DNA of 40,080 nt from Gemmatimonadota bacterium (GCA_002725915.1 PBRM01000137.1:1-40080), one strand, 5' to 3'; positions 8,492-17,500 are shown, numbered from the stretch's first letter. Notes: a model not told the origin generated them from the sequence alone. Made by a program: numbers and translations.

Positions 8492-10453
8492 TCAACCCCC
8501 CCCCAGCAATCGTCTATAGCGACCCAGGTTTCCGACGATCGCAACCGCTTCCTCAATCTGAACATCGTTCTCCAATTCCGCCAGCAAGCTGGCCTCTCTT
8601 CCCGACAGCCGCAGGGCCAGCTCTTTCTTCAGACCCGCCCGCACAAAGACCTTGACGGCGGGGGAAAAGGGCTCACCCCCTCGCTGACCTTGGAGAATAG
8701 CCGCCAGGGTGTCGATTACAGCCTTGGCCTCTGGCGCCCTATCCGTCTCAACAGCCAGGCTCCGAAGTGCGTCCAGCTCTGCCTCACCTTCGCTCCAGGG
8801 TTGAGAATCGGGCCGCCTGGTGGGAATGAACTGCTTGAATGCTGACAGCATGCGATCATCGACGTCCTCGTGCTGGAGCGAATCTCCCTCCCCGCCGATA
8901 TAGTCTACGATAAAATCAAAGAAAATCCGCCGGCGCTGCAATTCGCGCACGTAGGGCGGAGGACGAATCAACTCGATGCGAACGTCGGGGACAATGCCAC
9001 CACCGCTGAGCAGCCTCCTGCCATTGCGGGTGACGAAATCATCGGGTGCTTCCGCGGTATCTGCTTCGCTATCGCGACCAAGCGCCCCAGACCGGACCAC
9101 CAGCTCCCCAATAGTGGTCGAGAGGACGCGGTCCACATCCGCCTTTTCCAGGCCAAATTTCGCCCGCAGTTGCGCGGACGCGGCCCCCTCGTCGTTGACA
9201 GCAGCGATGATGTCCAGCAACATCCCCACTGGAACCTCGGTGTCGCCGAGGGGAACGTGGAGCAATAAACCGCGGGGAAGCGCCAGCCCCTGGCGGTGAA
9301 TGCTGCGACCGCTGGGCGTGTAATACAGGGCGGTCGTCAGCTTCAAAGCCGCACTCTCTCGATCTCGGAGCTCGAAGATCGTCTGCACGGAACCCTTGCC
9401 GAATGAGGTCGTGCCGATGACGAGCCCGCGATCGTTGTCCTGGATCGCTCCGGCGACGATTTCGGCAGCGCTCGCACTGCCTCCATCGATGAGGACTACC
9501 AGCGGCAAATCAGCGGCCAATGGGCGCCGCTGTGAGTAGCGCATTTCCTCGCCACGCTCACCGGCGCGCGCGCGGTTGCGTTCTCGGATAGAGACGATCG
9601 GGTCGCCCGTAGAGAGAAAGAGGTCTGCTACCTGAGTCGCCTGGCTGAGAAGACCCCCGGGGTTGCCGCGGAGATCGAGAATCAGCGCCGCGGCTTCTTC
9701 CGCTATCAGCTCTTTGAGAGCGGCCTCCACCTCAGCCGCCGTTTCCTCGGAGAAACGCGTCTGCCGCATACTGATGTATCCTACTCCGGGCGCAATCTGA
9801 CCAGAAACGGCCACACTCTTCATCTTGATCGTCTGTCTTTCGATGACCACATCCCAGCGCGACCTCTCCCCCAAACGAGCCAGTGTGATCCGAACCTCAC
9901 TACCGGGTTCGCCGCGCAGAGTGCTCACGACCTGTTCCAGCGAGGTACCGAAAGTGTCCTCCCCTTCTATGGCCACGATGAGATCACCCGGTAGCATTCC
10001 GGCGCGGTGAGCCGGTGTGTCGGCGATAGGAGAGATCACTACAGGATAGTGATCCTTTATCCCCACCGTGATACCCAGTCCCGCGAACTTGCCGGTCGTG
10101 TCCTGCCTCAACTGCCGCAACCCCTCCGCATCGAAAAATTGGCTGTACGAGTCCAGCTCCTGCAGCATTCCGTCAATCGCGGCGCGCATGAGCTCCTCGT
10201 GATCTAGGTCTTGATAGTAGTGCTCGACAACCCGCGAGTACACGGCGCCAAACCGATCCCAGGAGTCATTGACGCCCTGGTAAACTTCGGCCGGCGCGGT
10301 GGTGCTCCAGACCTCGCCAACAGCGATGGAGCAAAGGACGAGAGCGCACCAACTGCGTCGAATATGCGTTCCCAAGCTCATTCTCTCTCTAGCCGCGGAG
10401 ATCGCCTTCCGCGCCCGACGAATAGATAACCATTGCATTCTCGTTCTTGCCAT
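8492..10453 (-). CDS. S41 family C-terminal processing peptidase with a PDZ domain and a long C-terminal extension
   Basis: PDZ segment (GLGITVG...GMLPGDLIVAIEG). S41 motifs LILDLRGNPGG and VLIDGGSASAAEIVAGAIQD...GTTSFGKGSVQ. The ATG at 10453 lies 4 nt after the tmk stop, and an alternative ATG is at 10381. There is an N-terminal hydrophobic anchor. Confidence 0.85.
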   Translation of the reverse strand: MARTRMQWLSIRRARKAISAARERMSLGTHIRRSWCALVLCSIAVGEVWSTTAPAEVYQGVNDSWDRFGAVYSRVVEHYYQDLDHEELMRAAIDGMLQELDSYSQFFDAEGLRQLRQDTTGKFAGLGITVGIKDHYPVVISPIADTPAHRAGMLPGDLIVAIEGEDTFGTSLEQVVSTLRGEPGSEVRITLARLGERSRWDVVIERQTIKMKSVAVSGQIAPGVGYISMRQTRFSEETAAEVEAALKELIAEEAAALILDLRGNPGGLLSQATQVADLFLSTGDPIVSIRERNRARAGERGEEMRYSQRRPLAADLPLVVLIDGGSASAAEIVAGAIQDNDRGLVIGTTSFGKGSVQTIFELRDRESAALKLTTALYYTPSGRSIHRQGLALPRGLLLHVPLGDTEVPVGMLLDIIAAVNDEGAASAQLRAKFGLEKADVDRVLSTTIGELVVRSGALGRDSEADTAEAPDDFVTRNGRRLLSGGGIVPDVRIELIRPPPYVRELQRRRIFFDFIVDYIGGEGDSLQHEDVDDRMLSAFKQFIPTRRPDSQPWSEGEAELDALRSLAVETDRAPEAKAVIDTLAAILQGQRGGEPFSPAVKVFVRAGLKKELALRLSGREASLLAELENDVQIEEAVAIVGNLGRYRRLLGGG

Positions 10454-10457
10454 CGTC

Positions 10458-11102
10458 TCAACCCTTGAAGGGAAAGGAGGGCCATCGCCGGTCGAGCTCC
10501 GCGCGAATGAAGTCCGACTGCTGCTGTACATCCTTGGAGGCATCTACCAGCAACGATGATCCAGGACGCTGTTCTGAAATCTGTCGATAGCCCTGTTTGA
10601 CTCGCTCCTGCAACTCCTCGCCTGCGCGCTCCACCCGGTCCGCGTCGCCGGCCCGTGCGCCCCTGCGCGCCGCCGCCGCCTTTACGGGCAGGTCGAGGTA
10701 CACCGTCATATCGGGTAAACAATCACCCGTGGCCAGCTTATTCACCAAACCTACTAAGGCCAGATCGAGACCGCGGCCGTATCCCTGATAGGCCAGGGAT
10801 GAATCGGCATATCGATCGCAGACGACCGGCTGGTCTGCAGCCAGAGCCGGCCGGATGATCTGGTCAACATGCTGGCACCGGCTGGCCGCGTAGAGCAGCA
10901 GTTCGGTCACGTCGGCCATCTGCTCCTCATTCGGGTCGAGTACCAGATTGCGTATGCGTTCGCCAATGGAAGTGCCTCCGGGCTCCCGGGCAAGGAGTGC
11001 AGCGTGTCCCAACTCCCGGATATGCCGGAATAGGAGTTGGCTCTGGGTGGTCGTGCCAGAGCCGTCTACTCCTTCGAATACTATAAAGAGGGCGCTTGCC
11101 AA
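10458..11102 (-). CDS. tmk: Thymidylate (dTMP) kinase
   Basis: FIVFEGVDGSGTTTQ P-loop, with Tmk-like length and layout. Confidence 0.9.
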   Translation of the reverse strand: MASALFIVFEGVDGSGTTTQSQLLFRHIRELGHAALLAREPGGTSIGERIRNLVLDPNEEQMADVTELLLYAASRCQHVDQIIRPALAADQPVVCDRYADSSLAYQGYGRGLDLALVGLVNKLATGDCLPDMTVYLDLPVKAAAARRGARAGDADRVERAGEELQERVKQGYRQISEQRPGSSLLVDASKDVQQQSDFIRAELDRRWPSFPFKG

Positions 11103-11186
11103 AAGGTGGGACCAGAGGCGGGGTCAGTACTGCTGCAAAGCGGCCAATAGGCGTCCAATAAGCGAAGATCCACGAACGAAAGGAAT

Positions 11187-11861
11187 TCAAGACTCCTGAA
11201 TGGTGGGTGGGCGGGTTTCGGACTTCTGCTTGTTGCGGATGTGCGCCAGCCGCTCGACGACCGTGTAGTTGGTCGTCACCGCCAGCACCACGAGGATGAT
11301 CACCAGGCCCTCGTGTCCGTATAGACCCCCAAGAGCCAGCCCCACGAGACGCTCGGGGCGCTGCATGAATCCGACCTTGCAGTCCTCCCCCAGTCCCTCT
11401 GCGCGAGCTCGGACATAGCTGACCATGAGGGAGCCCGACAAAGCAAAGAACAGGATGCCGCTTACAAACCAGTCGCCCTGCCGCACGAGATAGGCGCCGA
11501 TGCCGAAATAGAGGATAATCTCAGAATAGCGATCGGTGGTGGAATCCAGGAGGGCCCCGAACTTGGTTTCGGTCCGCCCCTCTCTGGCGACCTGGCCGTC
11601 GAGAATATCGCACACGCCGGCCACCAACATGATCGCCGCCCCCCAACGCAGGTTCGCCGTAGCAAAGGCGGCCGCTGCGACCAAACTAAGGAGAAACCCG
11701 ACGGCTGTCAGCCAGTCAGGCCGAAGGCCCAGGCGAATGAAGACCCGGGCCAGCGGCTGAAGGATAGCGGGTACCCAAACCCTCAGATGTCTTGCTATCA
11801 CGAGTGGAAGTCCGCCGCAGGGCGTGGGTGCCGAGGCGAGCTGGCGGGGGCTGTCCTCCAC
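11187..11861 (-). CDS. CDP-alcohol phosphatidyltransferase family protein
   Basis: Exact family signature DxxDGxxAR-x8-G-x3-D-x3-D in CDILDGQVAREGRTETKFGALLDSTTD. Several transmembrane helices. Confidence 0.82.
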   Translation of the reverse strand: MEDSPRQLASAPTPCGGLPLVIARHLRVWVPAILQPLARVFIRLGLRPDWLTAVGFLLSLVAAAAFATANLRWGAAIMLVAGVCDILDGQVAREGRTETKFGALLDSTTDRYSEIILYFGIGAYLVRQGDWFVSGILFFALSGSLMVSYVRARAEGLGEDCKVGFMQRPERLVGLALGGLYGHEGLVIILVVLAVTTNYTVVERLAHIRNKQKSETRPPTIQES

Positions 11862-12054
11862 GACGACCCGGCGCGAGAAATCGCCCCGTCGGAATGACCC
11901 CCACTGCTGGCAAGCCGCCAGGGCACCGGGGGTGAGCTGTTGGTGGCCGACAACGAGACGGCCGTTTCTAACCGTGTCATATCAAGAATATATGTATCTC
12001 GTAAGCAGCGCTGCAAGAGCGGTTCTCTATTGGCAGGCCAGCACCGCGGGTGAG

Positions 12055-12063
12055 TTATCCACA
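12055..12063 (+). promoter_or_regulatory. Perfect DnaA box TTATCCACA (outside oriC)
   Basis: Exact 9-mer read in the sequence, in the spacer between rsmG and the phosphatidyltransferase gene. Confidence 0.6.
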
Positions 12064-12168
12064 CCCGTGCGGGCCAGGCGCGCCCCCCGGGTCCTCCTCG
12101 CGATCTCGTTATCTAAACGCAACTAACATATTAACAAATAGATAGGCGTTATTTATCCCGGTTCTATG

Positions 12169-12177
12169 TTATCCACA
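12169..12177 (+). promoter_or_regulatory. Perfect DnaA box TTATCCACA (outside oriC), next to an AT-rich patch
   Basis: Exact 9-mer. Weaker box-like 9-mers lie at 12109-12117 (TTATCTAAA) and 12153-12161 (TTATCCCGG), all in the same orientation. Confidence 0.6.
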
Positions 12178-12215
12178 ATCCAACTGTTGAAAACGGTGGG
12201 TTGGTCGTGAGGGTC

Positions 12216-12941
12216 CTATTTCTTGTGCGCAATTCCCGAGGGTTGTTTCCACAACCCCAGTCGCACCTCGATATCACGCCAGCCGACAGTGCGAACCTCC
12301 GGGGGGGGATCCATGTCCGACGGGCTCCTGTCCGTGGGCAGGAAAGCAAGTAGATGCCCCCCCGGGGCGAGGATGGGCCGGACCTGTTCGAAGAGCACGG
12401 CCGGGTCTGCCACGGCTCGGGCAGTGACGAGATCGACGCCGCCTCGCGGTGAATCCCGCCATTGCTCAAGGCGCAGGTTTTCCACGGCGATCCTCTGCAG
12501 GGCAAGGCGACGGACGACTTCGCGCAGGAAGCTAGCGCGACGGCGGCGGCTCTCCACCAGCACGAAGTCGTTGTTGGGCAGAACGATCTTGAGCGGTATG
12601 CCCGGCAGACCCGCGCCCGAGCCGACGTCCACGATCTGCCGGTGCGACACTCCCTCGAGCGCAGACCGGATCAGCAACGATGGGATCAAGTGTTTGTTCA
12701 CCAGCGCGGAGCGATCCCCGTCCGCCACCAGGTTCATTCGCCCCGACCACCGATGAAGATGGAGGGAGAATTCTGCCAGCTGGCGACACCAGCAGGCGCG
12801 CTCGCCCAAAGCGGCCTCGGGAAACAGGTCTCCCAGGACAGCCGGCAGGCGGCCAAGGCCTGACTGGACCGCAAAGGCCGCGCGACGATCGGCCGCCAGC
12901 GACTCCTCCGGCTCGGATCCCTGGAACGGAGGGAGGGCCAC
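12216..12941 (-). CDS. rsmG: 16S rRNA (guanine527-N7)-methyltransferase
   Basis: SAM-binding motif VGSGAGLPGIPLKI with RsmG/GidB-like length. It neighbours mnmE. Confidence 0.88.
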   Translation of the reverse strand: MALPPFQGSEPEESLAADRRAAFAVQSGLGRLPAVLGDLFPEAALGERACWCRQLAEFSLHLHRWSGRMNLVADGDRSALVNKHLIPSLLIRSALEGVSHRQIVDVGSGAGLPGIPLKIVLPNNDFVLVESRRRRASFLREVVRRLALQRIAVENLRLEQWRDSPRGGVDLVTARAVADPAVLFEQVRPILAPGGHLLAFLPTDRSPSDMDPPPEVRTVGWRDIEVRLGLWKQPSGIAHKK

Positions 12942-13002
12942 CTACCCCAACCGCCAACCCCGGCGCGCGGCGGCCCCGGTCGGGCGCCGGCAGCCCCTGG
13001 TG

Positions 13003-13018
13003 TGTTTCACGTGGAACA
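13003..13018. promoter_or_regulatory. parS centromere site TGTTTCACGTGGAACA (perfect match to the complement of TGTTCCACGTGAAACA)
   Basis: Exact 16-mer palindrome-like site read in the sequence. Confidence 0.8.
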
Positions 13019-13222
13019 CCCGTCAGGCCCCGCTTGCTGTTTTACGCGACAGCGGGCCGGCGATTGCCCGCATGTGCCGGGCGCGTGCCTTGAACGCGCC
13101 GCCTCGGTTCAATGGCGGCCCCGTACCCCCGTGGCGGGGGGGGCGCGATGCCAGGGCCGCCGGGCGCGAGTCGCCCGTCACCCGATAGCGCCGTGCCCGC
13201 TCGGGGGCCGGCGTCCCTGGTG

Positions 13223-13238
13223 TGTTTCACGTGGAACG
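13223..13238. promoter_or_regulatory. parS site TGTTTCACGTGGAACG (one mismatch, last base)
   Basis: Read in the sequence. It shares a 23-nt identical block (CCCTGGTGTGTTTCACGTGGAAC) with the first site. Confidence 0.75.
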
Positions 13239-13369
13239 CTCGCCCGACCCTATTCGCCGTAAAACACGTCGGCTGCCCCGTCACCCGCCGCGCCTTCGCT
13301 CCCGCCTGCCCGCCGAAAGCCGGGTGTTCTTTCCGCCCCGGCTCTGGTTTCTCACTGTATCCGGCGGAA

Positions 13370-13385
13370 TGTTTCACGTGGAACA
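13370..13385. promoter_or_regulatory. parS site TGTTTCACGTGGAACA (perfect)
   Basis: Exact 16-mer, 24 nt downstream of the mnmE stop codon. Confidence 0.8.
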
Positions 13386-13408
13386 GCGCACCTGGTTCAC
13401 GCACGCAC

Positions 13409-14776
13409 TCACTTGCCGATGCAGAACTCGGCGAAGATGTGGTCGAGAACGGCATCCTCGGTCCCCTCGCCCAGGAGTTCCCCAAGTGCGCCAAGGGCCT
13501 CCTGCAGTCCAGGTGCCGAGCATTCTGAAAGCGGGGAAGCCGCCGCCAGCAGGTCCGCTGCTTCTCGGGTCCGGTTTTCGACCACGCCCATGAGATCGAA
13601 ATGGCGCCGCCGTGATAGGCCGACCCCCTCGACCAGGTCCGGTCGCCTGAGGTGCGTGCAGATCTCATCCTTGAGCTCGTCCAGCCCAGCCTCGGTCAGG
13701 CCGGAGACCTGGGTCGCGCGCACTCCTCGCCGCTGCAGTTTCGCCAGGTCAATACAGACGCCGAGGTCCTGCTTATTGACGGCCGCCGCTCCGCATTGGT
13801 CTTTCAGAAGACGGACAATCATTTCGTCGTCCCGCTCCCAGGGGCGCGACCCATCCAGCACTGCCACGATGAAGTCCGCCTCGTCGACCACTTCTCTCGT
13901 CCTTCTCATTCCCTCTCGCTCGATGGGTCCTCCGCCCGATCTCAGTCCCGCCGTATCCACCAACCTGATCGACTCCCCGGACCAGACCGCCTGACCTTGT
14001 ACCAGGTCGCGCGTGGTACCGGGGATGTCAGTGACTATCGCACGCTCCTCCCCCAGTAATGCGTTCAGGAGAGTGGACTTTCCGACATTCGGTCGGCCCA
14101 CCAAGGCCACCAGGTGGCCTTGGTGGCGGCGACGGCTCCCCTCGAAGGTATCGGAGAGGCGCCTGGCGCGCTCGGCCAGTTCGCGGAGATTCAAAGAGAC
14201 GGTGGCGTTCGCGCTCGGATCCACGTCTCCCTCTTCAGAGAAATCCAGCCCGGCCTCGATCGCCGCCAGGGCGGCCACAGTCCCCGCCATCATCTCTCTC
14301 ACGATCCGCGACAGCCGACCGCAGGCGCGGCCGTAGGAGTTCTCCAGATCCAGGCGGCCTCCGGCCTGTATCAGGTCGACGACGGCCTCCGCCTGTATCA
14401 AGTCGATCCTGCCGTTGAGAAAGGCCCTGCGAGTGAATTCCCCCGGCTTGGCGACCGCCGCGCCACTGGCAACAGCGGCCTGCAAAAGACGGTTTAGAAT
14501 CAGGTCGCTGCCATGCGGGGTGATCTCAACCGTGTCCTCGCCGGTGTAAGAAGCGGGCCCCTTGAGAAACCAGGCCAGCCCTGTGTCGACAGGCACGCCG
14601 TCGATGTCCAAAATGTTTCCGAACTCAACGTGCCGGACGCGCTTCCCGATTCCTGGATGGCACCTGAATACGGTGCCCCCTACGCGGACGGCCTCCGGCC
14701 CACTCACCCGAACCATGCCGACCCCGCCCTCCCCTGGGGGGGTGGCGACGGCAGCAATGGTGTCCTGTTCAGCCAA
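13409..14776 (-). CDS. mnmE: tRNA modification GTPase MnmE (TrmE)
   Basis: N-terminal DTIAAVATPPGEGGVG, G-domain GRPNVGKSTLLNAL and the C-terminal FCIGK signature. The 608-aa track ORF overlaps yidC. The only plausible start after the yidC stop is the TTG at 14776, giving 455 aa. Confidence 0.88.
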   Translation of the reverse strand: MAEQDTIAAVATPPGEGGVGMVRVSGPEAVRVGGTVFRCHPGIGKRVRHVEFGNILDIDGVPVDTGLAWFLKGPASYTGEDTVEITPHGSDLILNRLLQAAVASGAAVAKPGEFTRRAFLNGRIDLIQAEAVVDLIQAGGRLDLENSYGRACGRLSRIVREMMAGTVAALAAIEAGLDFSEEGDVDPSANATVSLNLRELAERARRLSDTFEGSRRRHQGHLVALVGRPNVGKSTLLNALLGEERAIVTDIPGTTRDLVQGQAVWSGESIRLVDTAGLRSGGGPIEREGMRRTREVVDEADFIVAVLDGSRPWERDDEMIVRLLKDQCGAAAVNKQDLGVCIDLAKLQRRGVRATQVSGLTEAGLDELKDEICTHLRRPDLVEGVGLSRRRHFDLMGVVENRTREAADLLAAASPLSECSAPGLQEALGALGELLGEGTEDAVLDHIFAEFCIGK

Positions 14777-14844
14777 GTGGGATCTATTCGGGTTGGGTGA
14801 GGTCCTGGTTGCTCTTGGCGTGCGAGCGATGGTCGCGAGCGGAT

Positions 14845-16599
14845 CTAGCCGGTAGCAGGCGTCGCCTTGCTCTGGCGAGATTTCTTCAGGTGGTTGGTCA
14901 GATACTGCTGTCCAATTTGCAGCACGTTGAAGACCGTCCAGTACAGCACCAGTCCAGATGAGAAGCTCCACATGATGAATACCATGGCAACTGGCATGAG
15001 GTACACGAGAGCGGCCTGCTTGGGATCCTTCATCGTCATCTTGGACTGAAAGAACATGGCCCCGGCCATCAGCAGCGGCAGAACGTGAATAGCGGTCCCG
15101 GCAACGAGGAGTTCGTCTGGCAACGAAAGATCCTCTATCCATAGGACAAAGGAGGCCTGCCGCAGTTCGATCGTGCTGCTGAAAGTCTGGTACATGGCGA
15201 TGAAGATGGGCATTTGCAGCACCATGGGCAGGCACCCGCCTAACGGATTAACACCCTCCTCCTTGTAGAGCTTCATCGTCTCTCGGCTCAAACGCTGGTT
15301 GTCGTTCTTGTGCTTCTCCTTGAGAGCGGCGATTTTTGGCTGCAGCTCCTGCATCCTCGATGTCGACTCGAACGATTTGTGTGTCAGCGGATAAACCAGC
15401 CCTTTGACCCCGAAGGCAAAGAGGATGATGACGGCGCCGTAATTGGGAACGTAAGCGTGGGCGGCCACGAACAGGACGAGAAGAAGCTTGCTGATCTCCC
15501 TCACGATCGGGAAACCCAGGTCCATCGCCCGTTCCATCTCAACCTCGTAGCGGACGACCTCCTCGTAGTCGAGGGGCCCGGCGTAGAACAGCATCGTCAC
15601 CGAGCCGGCCGCCGACAACCGCGATCCGATCCGATAACTGAGCCGGGGGGCTCGTTCGGTTTCCTCGCCGGCGCTTAGTTCCACCCAGTGACGGCCCTCG
15701 TCAGACGGTGCCAGGCAGGAGAAAAAGTATTTGTTGCGAGCGCCGGCCCACCCCGCCCGCCCCCCCGACCAAGCGACGACCCCCTCTTCCGGCCAGTACT
15801 GGCTTTCGTCCTCGTCGGCTCGCAGTTCGGTGAGGCTCTCGTTGACGTAGGCCATCGCTCTCATGGCCTGCAGATCGACGCTCGCCTCCTTCTCCGCCGT
15901 CTCTATACCCCCCTCCCATCCCAGCCACGCGAAGGTCTGCTCGTCGAAGCCCGAATAATTCAGCTTCATATCGACGCCGTATCGGTCGCCGTAGAAGTGG
16001 AGCACTTTCTCCACATATCGGCCCACATCCAGATCCGCCCGAAGGCGCAGGCTGGCCTCTTCCCCTTCGCCGATATCGATGAACTCGCGATCCGGCACGA
16101 ACTCAACCTGCGACAGATCCTCACCGCTGCCACGACTACCTCCCTCGGGCCGCAGGAATAGGGTAAGGCCTCGGCCGCCTTCGGGAACCAGCTCCACTAC
16201 CTCTCCCTCCCATCGATCAAACTTTGCCATCCGCACGGAAACAATCTCACCACCCCGGGTGGACAGCTGTATTTCCTGCAACGGCGTCCTGACGCTAATC
16301 AGCCGCGACCGAAACTCGAGGTTGTTCGGGGCGGCAACGCCTGGCGTCGGGACCGCCGCAGAGGCATCCACCGCTTTTTCTTGGTGAGGGCTAGCAATGG
16401 TCGGGGGAGGCGCAGCGGATTCCCGGCCGCCGCTTTCCACGACATCCCCGCGGGGATCCGGTCTCACGGAGCGCTCTTGGGGGGCCTCCGACGGCTGTTC
16501 CTGGCTCGTCGACAGGCCCATCCAATCGTAATAATACGGCAAGACGAGTAGAATAACGCCGATGAGCAGAAAAGCCAGAAGGGTCCGCTTGTCCTCCAC
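14845..16599 (-). CDS. yidC: Membrane protein insertase YidC
   Basis: Large periplasmic domain followed by the conserved C-terminal five-helix region (...LKEKHKNDNQRLSRETMKLYKEEGVNPLGGCLPMVLQMPIF...). GTG at 16599 was chosen because the ATG at 16653 would overlap yidD by 43 nt. The start remains uncertain. Confidence 0.88.
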   Translation of the reverse strand: MEDKRTLLAFLLIGVILLVLPYYYDWMGLSTSQEQPSEAPQERSVRPDPRGDVVESGGRESAAPPPTIASPHQEKAVDASAAVPTPGVAAPNNLEFRSRLISVRTPLQEIQLSTRGGEIVSVRMAKFDRWEGEVVELVPEGGRGLTLFLRPEGGSRGSGEDLSQVEFVPDREFIDIGEGEEASLRLRADLDVGRYVEKVLHFYGDRYGVDMKLNYSGFDEQTFAWLGWEGGIETAEKEASVDLQAMRAMAYVNESLTELRADEDESQYWPEEGVVAWSGGRAGWAGARNKYFFSCLAPSDEGRHWVELSAGEETERAPRLSYRIGSRLSAAGSVTMLFYAGPLDYEEVVRYEVEMERAMDLGFPIVREISKLLLVLFVAAHAYVPNYGAVIILFAFGVKGLVYPLTHKSFESTSRMQELQPKIAALKEKHKNDNQRLSRETMKLYKEEGVNPLGGCLPMVLQMPIFIAMYQTFSSTIELRQASFVLWIEDLSLPDELLVAGTAIHVLPLLMAGAMFFQSKMTMKDPKQAALVYLMPVAMVFIMWSFSSGLVLYWTVFNVLQIGQQYLTNHLKKSRQSKATPATG

Positions 16600-16610
16600 G
16601 TCAGCGTCTC

Positions 16611-16823
16611 TCAGTCGACCGGGTCGTAGCCCCACCCGCCAAAGGGGTGGCACCTGGAAAGGCGCTTGACGGCCCGCACGCCCCCGCCGTAGAGGCCGTG
16701 AACGCGCAGGGCCTCAATGGCGAACTCGGAGCAGCTGGGGTGGAAGCGACAGGCGGGCGACAACATCGGCGACAGACATAGTCTGTACATCCTTATACAG
16801 AATACAACTAAGTATATCATCAA
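16611..16823 (-). CDS. yidD: Membrane protein insertion efficiency factor YidD
   Basis: 70 aa with [11 protein letters not shown]...[13 protein letters not shown], the YidD signature. It lies between rnpA and yidC. Confidence 0.85.
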   Translation of the reverse strand: MMIYLVVFCIRMYRLCLSPMLSPACRFHPSCSEFAIEALRVHGLYGGGVRAVKRLSRCHPFGGWGYDPVD

Positions 16824-17113
16824 GGGTTATGACAGATAAGACGTGAGCGCAACTGGTCCAGCTCGCGCCCCAAGTCGGCGTAGGTAGCACGCATGGCGGA
16901 GAGTTGTGGCATAACCACCACGCTTCCACCCCCGCCTTCCCAGTCTCTACACAAGCTTCTGAGGCGGCGCTTCAGGCGATTGCGATCTACCGCGGTACCG
17001 AGGATTTTCCTGACCACGAGAACAACGCCGGATTCCTCCCGGCCCGGCCGCATCCAAAGCGCCGCTCCCTTGGTCCACGGTGTGGGCGACCGGGGTCGCG
17101 ACTGCCGCGCCAC
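16820..17113 (-). CDS. rnpA: Ribonuclease P protein component (short, 97 aa)
   Basis: [14 protein letters not shown] matches the RnpA RNR motif region. It sits directly after rpmH. The GTG start abuts the rpmH stop, and there is a 4-nt overlap with yidD. Confidence 0.72.
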   Translation of the reverse strand: MARQSRPRSPTPWTKGAALWMRPGREESGVVLVVRKILGTAVDRNRLKRRLRSLCRDWEGGGGSVVVMPQLSAMRATYADLGRELDQLRSRLICHNP

Positions 17114-17248
17114 TCAGACGGCCAGGCGATTTCGCCCCTTGCGTCGTCGACGATTGATAATGGACCGACCGCCCGGGGTGCGCATCCTCTTGCGGAATCC
17201 GTGCTTGTTTCGGCGCTTTCTGTTACTGGGTTGAAAGGTCCTCTTCAC
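17114..17248 (-). CDS. rpmH: 50S ribosomal protein L34 (44 aa, absent from the ORF track because it is under 60 aa)
   Basis: Manual translation of the minus strand gives (V/M)[43 protein letters not shown], a near-consensus L34. GTG start at 17248. Confidence 0.92.
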   Translation of the reverse strand: MKRTFQPSNRKRRNKHGFRKRMRTPGGRSIINRRRRKGRNRLAV

Positions 17249-17500
17249 GGTCTTGCCCCATTTCCAGATGTAGCCGGGTGGTTTATGGGTGTATTAGCGG
17301 CGATAAACTGCTGAATATAGCGGCGAGCGAAATTGCTGTCAATTATTTTAAGTCGTGGCGGAGCAATGGGTTTCGGCCCGCAATTCCTCCGGATAGGCGA
17401 TTCATTGCGCCACTCGGCTTGACGATAGCCCCAGCTTTACATAGGGTATGCCCCTCCTCTTTCCCACCGCTACCGGCCGCCTCTTTGCCTACCTGTTGGC

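Noticed and set aside
7764-8519. Plus-strand ORFs 7764-8042, 7820-8338 and 8193-8519 in the long spacer
   Set aside because: They are Pro/Arg/Gly-rich low-complexity translations with no motifs and no ribosome-binding sites, and they overlap each other. The region was treated as non-coding.
13000-13668. ORFs in the rsmG-mnmE spacer (13002-13262, 13112-13528, 13222-13593 on +, 13042-13668 on -)
   Set aside because: They are Pro/Arg/Ala-rich with no motifs. Their repeated MFHVE/CFTWN peptides are simply translations of the parS repeats, and the longest runs into mnmE.
17249-17500. Expected DnaA boxes or an oriC module in the rpmH-dnaA spacer
   Set aside because: No 9-mer within two mismatches of TTATCCACA was found. 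Only a weak sigma70-like pair is present (TTGACG at 17419 and TAGGGT at 17442). The spacer is not AT-rich, unlike the dnaA-dnaN spacer.
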